From NCBI RefSeq assembly GCF_011386835.1, contig NC_088791.1, positions 86,428,001-86,492,000 of the forward strand: DNA of 64,000 nt, read 5' to 3'. Every line of letters begins with the position of its first letter. The stretch's first letter is position 1. Of the stretch, positions 1 through 10,852 are shown one piece after another. The notes beneath the pieces are model-generated. The model was given only the letters and a program-made list of their open reading frames with translations. It had not been told where the DNA came from and ran no database searches. Position numbers and translations under genes: made by a program. Source of the stretch: Chrysemys picta bellii. Its lineage: Eukaryota.

Positions 1-99
1 CAGGTTGGGTTTTGCTAACATGTCTGAGCTAATCCCAATTTATCCTCATCTTTTTTCATAGTGTAGATGCAGGTTAGCACATTTAATCTTGATTTAGTT

Positions 100-511
100 G
101 GTCAAAGTCAATTCTAGGCTCCGAAAGATCAAATTGTGACGAAAAGTCAATATTTCAAAAATAATAAAAAACAAACAAACACTTTTTTTTTTCATTTCGG
201 GTTACTTGAAACATCTCATTTAGATAATTTCAAAGCATTTTGTTTTGATTTAGACTTTTAAAAACCTTTTTTTCAGTCTAATTAGCTTACATTTCTAAAT
301 GAAAAACCATTTTGAACTGGAAAACTCAATTTTTTCATTTTGAAAAGGTCTAAATGAAACAGTCTGACAATTTTGAAACTTTTTTTTTGCCCAACATTTT
401 TTTCCAGTTGAGAAATTTGTCAAACCTAAACCTGTTTCAGTTTTGGGTTCAACAAATCAGCACTTTTCAATGAAAAACAATACCGTGGTCAAAAATTTCA
501 GATCAGCTCTA
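100..511. mobile_element. AT-rich non-autonomous DNA-transposon-like repeat (TAGAGCTGG-ended family)
   Basis: Ends in aaatttcagatcagctcta (511). Related termini at 17471, 48683 and, inverted, at 50763 (tagagctggctgaaattt). Left boundary approximate. Confidence 0.45.
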
Positions 512-780
512 ATAATAATGAACTAGGTATAAAAGTCAAGACTGAAATACAGAAACTTGGCTTATTGTTCGAAGACCCTACAGTCTTGGCCACACTGTAG
601 AATTTACCCCTTGTTGACAATGGGTGTTAGAAACAGCCAAACTGGTCCTGAACACAGTTTAGCTCCAAATGTAGGCATGGATAAACTGGTTTCAGTAACT
701 TTTCAAAAAACATGGTGAAAATCTACAAGTTAGTTGCACCCATTGTTGACACCTACTGTCAGCAATTGTAAGGTCTGCAG

Positions 781-2397
781 CATAAACAATAATAAGCCCG
801 CACGACCAGATGGTATATATCCAAGAGTTCTGAAGGAACTCAAATATGAAATTGCAGAACTACTAACTGTGGTACATAACCTATTACTAAGTCAGCCTCT
901 GTACCAGATGACTGGAAGACAGCTAATGTGACACCAATTTTTTTAAAAAGGCTCCAGGAGTGATCCTGGCAAATACAGATTGGCAAGCCTAACTTCAGTA
1001 CCAAGCAAATTGGTTGTAACTATAGAAAAGAACAGAATTATCAGACACATAGATGAACATGATATGTTAGGGAAGAGTCACAAAGGTTTTGTAAAGGGAA
1101 ATCATGCCTCACCAGTCTATTAGAATTCTTTGAGGGGTCAACAAGCATGTGGACAAGGGTGATCCAATGGACACAGCATACTTCAACTTTCAGAAAGCCT
1201 TTGATAAGAACCCTCACCAAAGGCTCTGAAGCAACGTAAGCAGTCATGGGATAAGAGGGAAGGTCCTTTCATTGATCAATAACTGGTTGAAAGATAGGAA
1301 ACAAAAGGTAGGAGTAAATGTTCAGTTTCCACAGTGGAGCAAGCTATATAGCAGGATCCCCCAAGGATCTGTACTGGGACCAGTAAATTATCTGGAAAAA
1401 AAGGGTAAACAGGAGGCAAAGTTCGCTGGCACAAAATTGCTCAAGATGGTTAAGTCCAAAGCAGATTACGAAGAGTTACAAAGGGATCTCACAAAACTGA
1501 ATGAATGGGCAACAAAATGGCAGATGAATTTCAATGTTGATAAGTGCAAAGTAATGCCCACTGGAAAACATAATTCCAAACATACATATAAAATGATACG
1601 GTCTAAATTACCAATAAAGAAAGAGATATTGGAGTCATCGTGGAGAGTTTCTGAAAACATTTGCCCAATGTGCAAAGGCAGTCAAAAAAGCTAACAGAAT
1701 GTTAGGAAAGGGATTGATAATAAGACAGAAAATATCATAATGCCACTACGTAAATCCATGGTACACCCACATCTTGAGTACTGCATGCAGTTCTGGTCAC
1801 CCCATCACAAAAAAGATATATTAGAATTTGAAAAAATATGGAGAAGGGCACCAAAAATGATTAGTGGAGGAGAAATTAAAAGGACTGGGACTGTTCAGTT
1901 TGGAAAAGAGACAACTAAGGGGAGATATGGCAGAGGTCTATAAAATCATGAATGATGCAGAGAAAGTTAATAAGGAAGTCTTATTTATCCCATCACATAA
2001 CATAGGAACCAGTGGTCACCCAATGAAATTAATATGTGACAGAAGGAAGTATTTCTTCACACAATGCATAGTCAACCTGTGGAACTCATTGCCAGGGGAT
2101 ATAGTGAGGGCCAAAAGCATAACGGGGTTCAAAAAAGAATTAGATAAGTTCATGGAGGATAGGTCCATCAATGGCTATTATCCAAGATGGACTGGGATGC
2201 AACCCCATCCTCTGGGTATCTCCAAACCCAGTCCCAGCTTCTAGCAGTCAGAGATGACAGGGGATGGATCACTAATAAATTGTCTTGTTTTGTTCTCTCC
2301 CTCTGAAGCATCTGGCACAGGGCACTGTAATAAGACAAGATACTGGGATAGGTGGACCATTGGTCTGACCTAGTATTGCCATTCTTATCTTCTTATG
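781..2397 (+). mobile_element. CR1 LINE, 5'-truncated and degraded (RT region, 3' UTR, terminal repeat)
   Basis: ORF fragments with CR1 RT motifs (PDGIYPRVLKELK, IPQGSVLGP, WQMNFNVDKCKVM, VHPHLEYCMQFWSP, NLWNSLP). Ends in attcttatcttcttatg. Confidence 0.93.
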
Positions 2398-3182
2398 TAA
2401 ACAAGCCCCAAGACTAGAGCTGGTTCGGTACTCAAAATCAGCATTCGTAGACATTCACTCAAATTCTGAGTCACTGTTTAACTCAGCCACATTCATATTC
2501 CCTTGTTATTCAACTGTTTGCAAACATTCCTGGTGAATGGATTTGTGTTTGCATAAATTTTGGGGGGAATGGCTGCTCTTTATACAAATACCATAATCAT
2601 ATGCAAATAAGGTTATTTGTGCCTGAACAAGAGAATTTATTCTTTGCAATTATGCTCTTTAAAAAGTTTCAGACATCCAATCAGAAAACAGAAATAACTA
2701 AGTAACTCAGATAACTAATGAGACACAACAACTAGCAAATACTCAGATTGGACAGTTCCTAAACAATAAAATAAAGTTTATCCATTCAAACTATCCAGTG
2801 ATTAGTCATGAATAATAAATATATATTTTTAAACTAAATTCGGTTCAAGAATAATTCACAATTTTTCACCAACATTATTAGCAATGAATAATTCAACAAA
2901 AACTATGGAGGACTTATATAATGCAACCAGTTCTAACTTGAATTAAGATGTAAAAGCATCAGGTGACATTTACCAGAAAAGCAAAGTTCTGGTAGTTTTT
3001 GTGGCACCATGGGTTATGAAGCAGAGACATTAAGTGGCACAGCAAGTATAACTCTCACAGGACCTTAGTGGATTCAGCTGCAAGGATTTATTAAGAAATA
3101 AACTGTCAGTAAACTGCTGATTGTAATGAGATGAACATGCTCTTATGTTAACGATCTGGGTCATAGAATTATAGATTTTAAA

Positions 3183-3322
3183 GCCAGATTTGTGTCCATT
3201 TATTCTGTTGTGTAGAGATTGTCCGGTTTGGCCAATGTATATGGCAGAGGGGCATTGCTGGCACATGATGGCATATATCACGTTGGTAGATGTGCAGGTG
3301 AACGAGCCCCTGATGGCATGGC
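3183..3322 (-). mobile_element. Penelope-like element fragment (GIY-YIG region)
   Basis: Minus frame reads GSFTCTSTNVIYAIMCQQCPSAIYIGQTGQSLHNRINGHKS, near-identical to the GIY-YIG domain at 14440-14570. Confidence 0.88.
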
Positions 3323-3529
3323 TTCTACAGTGTAATGCCAGCAGCACAATAGTCCAATTATTTATAATTTGTTCTATCAAATTTATATAATCCTAATGAT
3401 ATCTTCAGATGCATACAATATATTATGCATGTCATGTTCTCTGCAAAGAATGTCAAAGACCACACTTTATCTCATAAAAAGAAGAACAGGAGGACTTGTG
3501 GCACCTTAGAGACTAACAAATTTATTAGA

Positions 3530-3569
3530 GCATAAGCTTTCGTGGACTATAGCCCACTTCTTCGGATGC
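3530..3569 (-). ncRNA. Minimal type I hammerhead ribozyme motif (left-arm copy, CCGAAGA core variant)
   Basis: Reverse complement of 3879-3918. Confidence 0.7.
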
Positions 3570-3878
3570 ATATAGAATGGAACATATATTGAGGAGATAT
3601 ATATACACACATACAGAGAGCATAAACAGGTGGGAGTTGTCTTACCACCTCTGAGAGGCCAATTAATTAAGAGAAAAAAAACTTTTGAAGTGATAATCAA
3701 GCTAGCCCAGCACAGACAGACTAACTGTCTGTCTGTGCTGGGCTAGCTTGATTATCACTTCAAAAGTTTTTTTTCTCTTAATTAATTGGCCTCTCAGAGG
3801 TGGTAAGACAACTCCCACCTGTTTATGCTCTCTGTATGTGTGTATATATATCTCCTCAATATATGTTCCATTCTATAT

Positions 3879-3918
3879 GCATCCGAAGAAGTGGGCTATA
3901 GTCCACGAAAGCTTATGC
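3879..3918 (+). ncRNA. Minimal type I hammerhead ribozyme motif (CCGAAGA core variant)
   Basis: gcat-ccgaaga-agtgggctatagtccac-gaaagctt-atgc: stem I GCAU/AUGC, stem II hairpin, palindromic stem III AAGCUU. Minimal hammerheads are known in Penelope pLTRs. Confidence 0.72.
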
Positions 3919-4033
3919 TCTAATAAATTTGTTAGTCTCTAAGGTGCCACAAGTCCTCCTGTTCTTCTTTTTGCGGATACAGACTAACACGGCTGCTACT
4001 CTGAAACTTTATCTCATGTAATTTACAAACATA

Positions 4034-4546
4034 TGGACCTAATTCTCCATTGCCTCACACCTTGTGTAGTCATTTACACCTAAAACAGGTTTAAAATATA
4101 GCAATTCTGATATGGTAGACTTTTACATTCGCTTTACATGGGTGTAAATTAATATACTAGATCAGCGGTTCTCAAACTGTGGGTCGGGACCCCAAAGTGG
4201 ATCACAACCCTGTTTTAATGGGGTCACCAGGACTGCTTAGATTTGCTGGGGCCCGAGGCAGAAGCCCAAACCCCACCTCCTAGGGCCGAAGCCTGAGGAC
4301 TTCAGCCCTGGGCAGCTGTGTTCAGTTTACAGGCCCCCTGCTTGAAGCTGAAGCCCTCAGGCTTCAGCTTTGGTCCCCACACCCGGGGCAGTGGGGTTCA
4401 GGCTTTGGCCATCCCCCACCTAGGGCTCAGGCTTCCATCCCCGCTCCTGGGGTCATTTAGTAATTTTTGTTGTCAGAAGGGGGTCGTGGTGCAATGAAGT
4501 TTTAGAACCCCTGTACTAGATGTAAAGCAGAAGAGAATCAGGCCCA
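4034..4546. mobile_element. Older MITE with TIR tggacctaattctc / gagaatcaggccca, host of the hAT MITE at 4163-4513
   Basis: Imperfect TIRs flanked by TA at 4032-4033 and 4547-4548. Confidence 0.5.
4163..4513. mobile_element. hAT-type MITE
   Basis: TIR cagcggttctcaaact / agttttagaacccctg. Perfect 8-bp TSD tactagat (4155-4162, 4514-4521). Confidence 0.9.
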
Positions 4547-4899
4547 TATATGTCAGCCAATTCCTAAGTATTAGTGGTGATAAAGAGAAGAGTTCATAGC
4601 CCCACATTTTAAATAATTGGAAAACTCATATGGATATTTTATCTATAAATAACAAGTGACACAAGCTATCTGTGTACAATGTACAGCTAAGCTGGAGAGA
4701 TACATGCTGAATACTTTGCAATATTCATCCCATGCCTTATTTGAACAACTCATTTATCTCTAGATGAAGAAAACTATAAAATCTGGATATACAGTAATAC
4801 TTCTGGGAATTCTTACGCTATTTATTAGCCTCTGAGACTCCAACAGCTTCTCCTTTTTACATTAATAGTTGACTATATAGTCTCTACCTTCCCACACAC

Positions 4900-5335
4900 G
4901 CTATTCCCTCCCACCATTTAACCATCTTTCCTGTCACTCAGGCTCACAACCTTGTTGCCACATGCCACTTCTCTTTCTTCTTCTCAACCACCACCATCTA
5001 GGCTGTTGCTAAATTTTGCAGTTCCTTCCTCTAAGTTATCCCCCAAATACATCCCTTCCTGTATTGCTACAATTATGGCGTGATCATCTTTTGCAATCAC
5101 TTCTGCAACCTTGATCTCTGGCTTCTTGGCCTTATCAGGTCTCAAATTGCATTCCTCAGGTCTGTCCATGTTATTGCTGCTCAAACCGTATTTCTTGCCT
5201 CATATCCCAACTGTGTTACCCCTTGAGTATTTGTATTGGCTTTTGATTGCCATCTGTAACATATTCAGACTCCTCATCCTCAAACATTCCCCTGCCCTAT
5301 ATTCTCTAAATTTGGCAGACCTTTTACTCCCCTAG
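4900..5335 (+). mobile_element. Old L2 LINE fragment (C-terminal ORF2 region)
   Basis: PLEYLYWLLIAICNIFRLLILKHSPALYSLNL resembles the L2 motif PLL.SLHWLPI..RI.FKLL....KAL...AP.YL. Boundaries approximate. Confidence 0.6.
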
Positions 5336-6144
5336 CCTTCTATTCACATTACTGACTGCATGCATAGGTGCTGCCTCGCCCACTGCCTTGAAGTAGTAAT
5401 AACCCAAATACATGGTTTCTGCCTTCAGCACGCCCACTATAAAAATTGTTCCAGTACCCCTGACTGCATGAGCAAAATCCTGCTCTCATTTACACTCATA
5501 TAAATCCAGAGTAACTCCACTGACTTCCAACTGAGTTATTCCAAATGCATGCAGATGTAACAGAACAATTTTGGAACCTAGACTTTTCCTTATATCCCCT
5601 CACTTCCCATGACTAGACTATGCTCCCTGGCTCTACCTCACTCTTCTTAAAAATTCTCATAAAACTTTTGCTCAGTTTTGTATCATTGACCTTCATCCAT
5701 GTCTCAAAGACAATGGCAGTATATTTTAATATACTAAATTTTAAAAAAATAAAAGGAGCTAGGCAAGATACTTTGTAACAAGCATCTCTCATGAAATTTC
5801 ACTGTTATAACCTTCACATTCTCATATTTAAATTGTTGTTTGCCAAATACTGGGAGAAATTGTGAAATACCTCTTCTGTAATTATGGTGGGGGGAGCTTT
5901 GTTTTTATTCCCATTTATGTTTCAATTTTAAACCAAGTATAAAAAGGAGATCATTAAGTTATTGGTCTCAATAAGGTGGTCTCTTTTTTCATATATTGTC
6001 TGACCAAGTTAGATAGTTTTATTGGGCACCCAGTATTTCTATTCTAGTTCTTGTAATTAATTCCTATATATGTAGATTTCTGCTTCTGTTATCTTGATTC
6101 TTACCATTTATTCTTTTGTGTAGAGACACAAATCAGACACAAAT

Positions 6145-6671
6145 GAGACATCAAGAATTGTAACATTCAAAAACCAGTAGGAGAGCACTTCAGCCTCCCT
6201 GGACAGAATAACAGACCTAAAAGTGGCCATTCTTCAACAAAAAAACTTCAAAACCAGACTTCAACGAGAAACTGCAGAGCTGGACACTATCAAATTAGGC
6301 CTGAATAAAGACTGGGAGTGGCTGGGTCACTACAAAAAATAATTTCCTCTCTATTGATACTCACACCTTCTTGTCAACTGTTGGGAATGGGCCACATTCA
6401 CCATGATTGAATTGGCCTCATTAGCACTACAAAAAGTAATTTTCCTTCTGTTGATATTCACCCCTTCTTGTCAACTGGTGGTAATGGGACACATCCTCCC
6501 TAACTGAATTGGCCTCATTAGCACGGACCCCCCAGTTGATCAGGCAACTCCCATCTTTTCATGTGCTGTATATTTATACCTGCCTACTGTATTTTCCACT
6601 CCATGCATCTGATGAAGTGGGTTATAGTCCACGAAAACTTATGCCCAAATAAATTTGTTAGTCTCTAAGGT
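6145..6671 (+). mobile_element. Penelope-like element 3' fragment (end of GIY-YIG plus pLTR) with ~95-bp internal tandem duplication
   Basis: IQKPVGEHFSLPG and VAILQQKNFKTRLQRETAE match the element at 14.6 kb. Duplicated unit cactacaaaaa...gaattggcctcattag at ~6328 and ~6425. Confidence 0.88.
6605..6644 (+). ncRNA. Minimal type I hammerhead ribozyme motif, canonical CUGAUGA core
   Basis: gcat-ctgatga-agtgggttatagtccac-gaaaactt-atgc. The stem III palindrome is mutated (AAACUU). Confidence 0.7.
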
Positions 6672-6717
6672 TCCTAGTGGTCTAGGCCTCTGACCCCAGT
6701 ATTTCTGTTAGTTCAAG

Positions 6718-7918
6718 TAGGGTTACCATTCGTCCGGATTCTCCCGGACATGTCCGGCTTTTCTGAGTTAAAAATAGCATCCAGGGGGAATTTGTAAATG
6801 TCCGGATTTCCCCCCCATGCCGAGCGCGCACGGCTGACAGGGCAGCCGGGTGGATCGTGCCACTCGCACGGGGCTCCGGCAGCCAGAGCCCCTCCTCCGC
6901 TTCCCCCTCCTCTCCCCTGCTGCTTGAGATCACTCCCCTCCCCCGCACCCCCTGCACTCGCAGATCGCCGGACGTTCGCAATGGGCCTCTGGCAGTCTGG
7001 AGCTCCTTCCCCTGCTCCCCCCCCCAAGCTGCCCAGCACGCCGCTCCGCAGCACTCTGCGGGGACGGGGACCGGGCTGTGCGCTCCGCTGGGGAGCACGG
7101 TAGCATGTCGGGCTCCGCGTGGAGTCCGACACGCTGTTCTGAGCGGCATGGTAAGGGGGCCAGGGGGTCGGAGAAGGGGCAGGGGGGTTCTGGAGGGAGC
7201 AGTCAAGAGACAGGAAGCAGGGGGAGGGTTGGATGGGTCAGGAGTTCTGGGGGGGGGCTGTCTGGGGGTGGGGGTGTGGATAAGGTTTTGGGCAGTCAGG
7301 GTACAGGTAGGGGGTAGGGTCTCAGGAGGGGGGCAGTTAGGGTGGGGGGGTCTCAGGAGGGGGCAGTCAGAGGACAAGGAACAGGGAGGATTAGGTAGGG
7401 GGTGTGGTTCTGGAGGGCAGTTAGGAGCAGTCAGGGGACAAGGAGCGGGGGAGTTGGGAGTTCTGGGGGCAGCTGTCAGGGGGCAGGGTGGGGACAAGGA
7501 TCAGAGCAGTCAGGGGACATGGAGCAGAGGGGTTTAGATGGGTCGGGAGTTCTGGGGGGGGGCTGTCAGGGGGTGGGGAGTGGTTGGATGGGGCGTGGGA
7601 GTCCCGGGGGTCTGTCTGGGGGTGGGGGGAGATGGATAAGGGTTGGGGCAGTCAGGGGACAGGTAGGGTCCTAGGGGGCCAGTTAGGATGGGGGGAGGGT
7701 CTCAGGAGGGGGCAATCAGGGGACAAGGAGCAGGGAGGCTTAGGTAGCGGGTGGAGTCCTGGGGGGCAGTTAGGGGACAAGGAGCGGGGGGAGGGTTGGG
7801 GATTCTGAGGGGGGCAGGGAGTGGAAGGGGCAGGGGTAGGGCTAGGGCAGGATGGGGGAGGGGCTAGGGCGGGGCTCCTCCCGTCCTCTTTTTTGATTGT
7901 TGAAATATGGTAACCCTA
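6718..7918. mobile_element. hAT-type non-autonomous element with GC/G-rich interior
   Basis: TIR tagggttaccat / atggtaacccta. TSD (a)gttcaag, 7-8 bp, at 6710-6717 and 7918-7925. Confidence 0.88.
7150..7870 (+). repeat. G-rich degenerate tandem repeats inside the hAT element
   Basis: Recurrent units such as ggcagtcaggggacaaggagc, gggggcagttagg and ggtctcaggagggggc, with many G4-G9 runs. Confidence 0.85.
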
Positions 7919-9929
7919 GTTCAAGGTGTCCCAGCTTGCTGGATAAGGTCTTTCCTGGATTGACTTTTTTGATGGAAACTCCTAGCTCTGCCCTTCTTGG
8001 GAGCCAGGGTTTATAGTCTGGAGTAGATAGAGGGACCTGGGCCTTCCCACTCCACCGAGTCCCAACCCAGGGCCCTGAAAGTGAAATGCTGTGCACTGGC
8101 CTACGTACAACCATTCCAATTGCTCACTTTCCCCATGGCCACTTCCTGCTACCCCTTCATCTCAGTTTGGAGTGTGGTCATTGTAGACTTAAAGTCTTTG
8201 CTTCAAAATCCTCACGTTCTAGGGCCGATGCCCGTGGCATTCTCAAGCCCCTACCCCTGTTCTCCCTCCCTCTTGGGGAGTGTCTAAGAGTGGGGGACTC
8301 ACAGCCAGGTCTCATGGCAGAAGCTTCCTCTTCCCTTAATGCAGAGTGGGGCTTCTCTAGTAAATGGCCTCTGTCCTTCCCCACTGCCTGGGGGTGATGA
8401 AGTTCCTTCCCTTTATGCTGGTTTTCTCCTCAGAAGTATGCTCGGCGGTGCCTAAGGTGTCCCCGCCTTAGCATGGGATTTATTTATTTTTACTAAACCC
8501 CTCACATAAATTCTATGTATTCTCCTTTCAAGCTTACTTAATTCATGGTTGCATTATATCTCCCTATACTGTATGTGAGCCCCTCCATATATTTAATGAT
8601 CTTTTCTTCTTTTCTCGGGATCTTTTAAATCTGAGATATAGCTTTTTCAAGGAAAGACTTTCAAGTATAACCCAAAACCAGATTAAAAAAAAAATCATTG
8701 CTTTGAGATTAGACATTCAGTATATGTACCATGAGCATCTGAACTATTGTCTGTGTCTGACAGCCTGCAAACTCTTTGGGGGCAAGAACTGGGTCTTCTC
8801 TTGTACAGCACTGAGATGCCTGATAACTCTCAAAAATATTTATATAAAATATAAAACTATAAGGTGCTCTGACCAAAAATTAACAGAGTATTCAAAATCA
8901 GGAAATACTATACCATTGATTAATATACTACAGGAAGCTTTTTATTATTTTAGTCTCTTTATTAATTCACCCATCTACCCTGTTTTCTTTGTTTTAATTT
9001 CATTACCCGTTTAAAAATAGTTATGAACTACCTATGTATTTCTGTGGCAAATAATAAAATAAAAATCTCAAACCGAAGATAACTACTGAGGAGGAAACTC
9101 ATTTCAAGTGAGCTGCTAAAATTTGAGAGAACTTCCCAGTTACAAGCTGCATGAAAAGAAGAGGCAACCAGCCTACAGGGGAGTGCTGCATGTTATATCA
9201 ATGAATTGTGTGTGATAGCATAAACCTTTCTGACAGGGCCATATGACTAAAAATAAATCCACAAACTCCTAAAACATTTGCTGAAATGGTGGTGTAATAT
9301 ACTTGGGGAAAAAGGGGAAAATCTCTGCTCCTAGGAGAATAAAATTACACCTCTAAGAAAGAAATCTTTTTTCTAAGTGTGACAAATCCAGACTTCAAAA
9401 CCCCTCTAATGGTAAACACACATGGTGTTGTAATGGTACTTCGAGGTAAATGAAAGCCATCCTAAACCCATTTTGGACATCATAGATCAGATTAATTTCA
9501 AATGAAATGCCACTAAATTAGAGCAAAGTTACATCTGGAATGAATTCAGCCCATAAAGGAAAGCACATACATGTCATGCATATGCCCAATATCAGTAAAA
9601 CAAAAAATTAGTATTGGACTTATGATGGTTATCATCATCTATTTAGATGCCACTATAAATTTGCTATTGAACAAATATATTTAGGTGGAACCTCAAACAT
9701 TATAGAAATCCCTCCCCACCTCCAATTTCATCATACACTGGTTAGACCTTGAGACAAATTAAACATAGGGAGAATTAATTCAAAACCCAACTATACATAG
9801 TCTAGTGTTTTATTTAATGGGACAGCAGATTGCTGCAAAGTTACCGCTCTCAAACTAGTCTGTTAGTATGAGTTCTGTAGTGCATCAAACATAAGCTGTT
9901 TGTCTTCACTTTTGCAGTCTATCACCACC

Positions 9930-10375
9930 CTACCTATCACCTTTCATTCACTATCGAGTTGTCAAGTCCTGCCTCCAATTGGCCAATGAGAAAGCCTCCA
10001 TTGACCACTTGCTAATTTTTCATTCAGCATATCTGGGCTTTCACCCATGCTGCCCACTGTATTTGGAAAGAACTCCCTATAAACATCCACAAAGCTACCT
10101 CATTATCCTCATTCAAATCCTTCCTCAAAATTCTCCTTTGGTTGATGCATACAAAAAGGTTGACAACAGTTAGACTGCTCATGTGCTATGACCACTGCCT
10201 ATCATGCTGACTAATATTATCTCATTGTTTCCTTGCACCCCCCATCTATCAGTATGTATTCATCTGTTGTCTCTTGTCTTATACTTATGGTGTAAGCTCT
10301 TTCGGGCAGGGATTGTCCTTCTGTTCTGTGTTCATACAGTGCCTAGTCCAATGGGTTCTGGTCCTTGACTAATAA
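9930..10375 (+). mobile_element. L2 LINE 3' end fragment
   Basis: ttcaaatccttcctcaaaattctcc followed by the L2-type tail tgtaagctctttcgggcagggattgtc...tacagtgcctag. Confidence 0.65.
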
Positions 10376-10751
10376 TTTCCATGGTGCCAATGATTTCAGT
10401 TCGCCAAGTAAATGAACTTTAAGCCCTAGTTACTGGTCCACCTTATACCCATTTTTATAAGGATAAAGTGGTACCGTGACTTCATCCCAGATTCATCTCT
10501 AAAATTAAAGCACATATTGTCCTGCCAAGATTACTTTAATGTTCCTGTGGAATTTCTTCTCCATAAGTTTATAAGCTCACTGCACATTTAGCATCACTCA
10601 AAGTCCACCTAACTCTTTGTTTCTTATTTGTCTTTGTTTCTTCTAGTCATCAGGCAATGCTATTACTACAAGAGGACCACATCTAACGATATGTTTGACT
10701 GAATTTCACATTGCTATGACCTGGCTGGTCTGACTCATGTCAAGGCTCAGC

Positions 10752-10852
10752 TGGCTGGAATGATTTAGTTGGTTTTGGTCCTGCTGTTAGCAGGGGGCTG
10801 GACTAGCTGACCTCCTGAGGTTTCTTCCAATGCTAATCTTCTATGATTCTAT
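10752..10852 (+). mobile_element. CR1 3' terminal fragment
   Basis: ggtcctgc...ggactagctgacctcctgagg...tcttctatgattctat, the CR1 (ATTCTRTG)n end. Confidence 0.8.

Larger units (their letters stand above)
3476..4005 (+). mobile_element. Penelope-derived fold-back insertion: perfect 246-bp inverted arms plus short unique tail
   Basis: 3476-3721 is the reverse complement of 3727-3972 (5-nt loop taact). Tail gcggatacagactaacacggctgctactctgaa follows. TSD actttatctcat at 3464-3475 and 4006-4017. Confidence 0.93.

Noticed and set aside
3506-3942. Two identical 64-aa ORFs on opposite strands
   Set aside because: A by-product of the perfect palindrome; non-coding pLTR sequence.
4984-5184. Protein-looking minus ORF (MSSNNMDRPEEC...) as a nested gene or ANKS1B exon
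   Set aside because: It is antisense to a recognisable L2 ORF2 remnant and has no match to recalled ANKS1B sequence.
6682-7808. Long overlapping Pro/Gly-rich ORFs (up to 271 aa)
   Set aside because: Stop-poor low-complexity G/C repeats inside a TIR/TSD-bounded hAT element.
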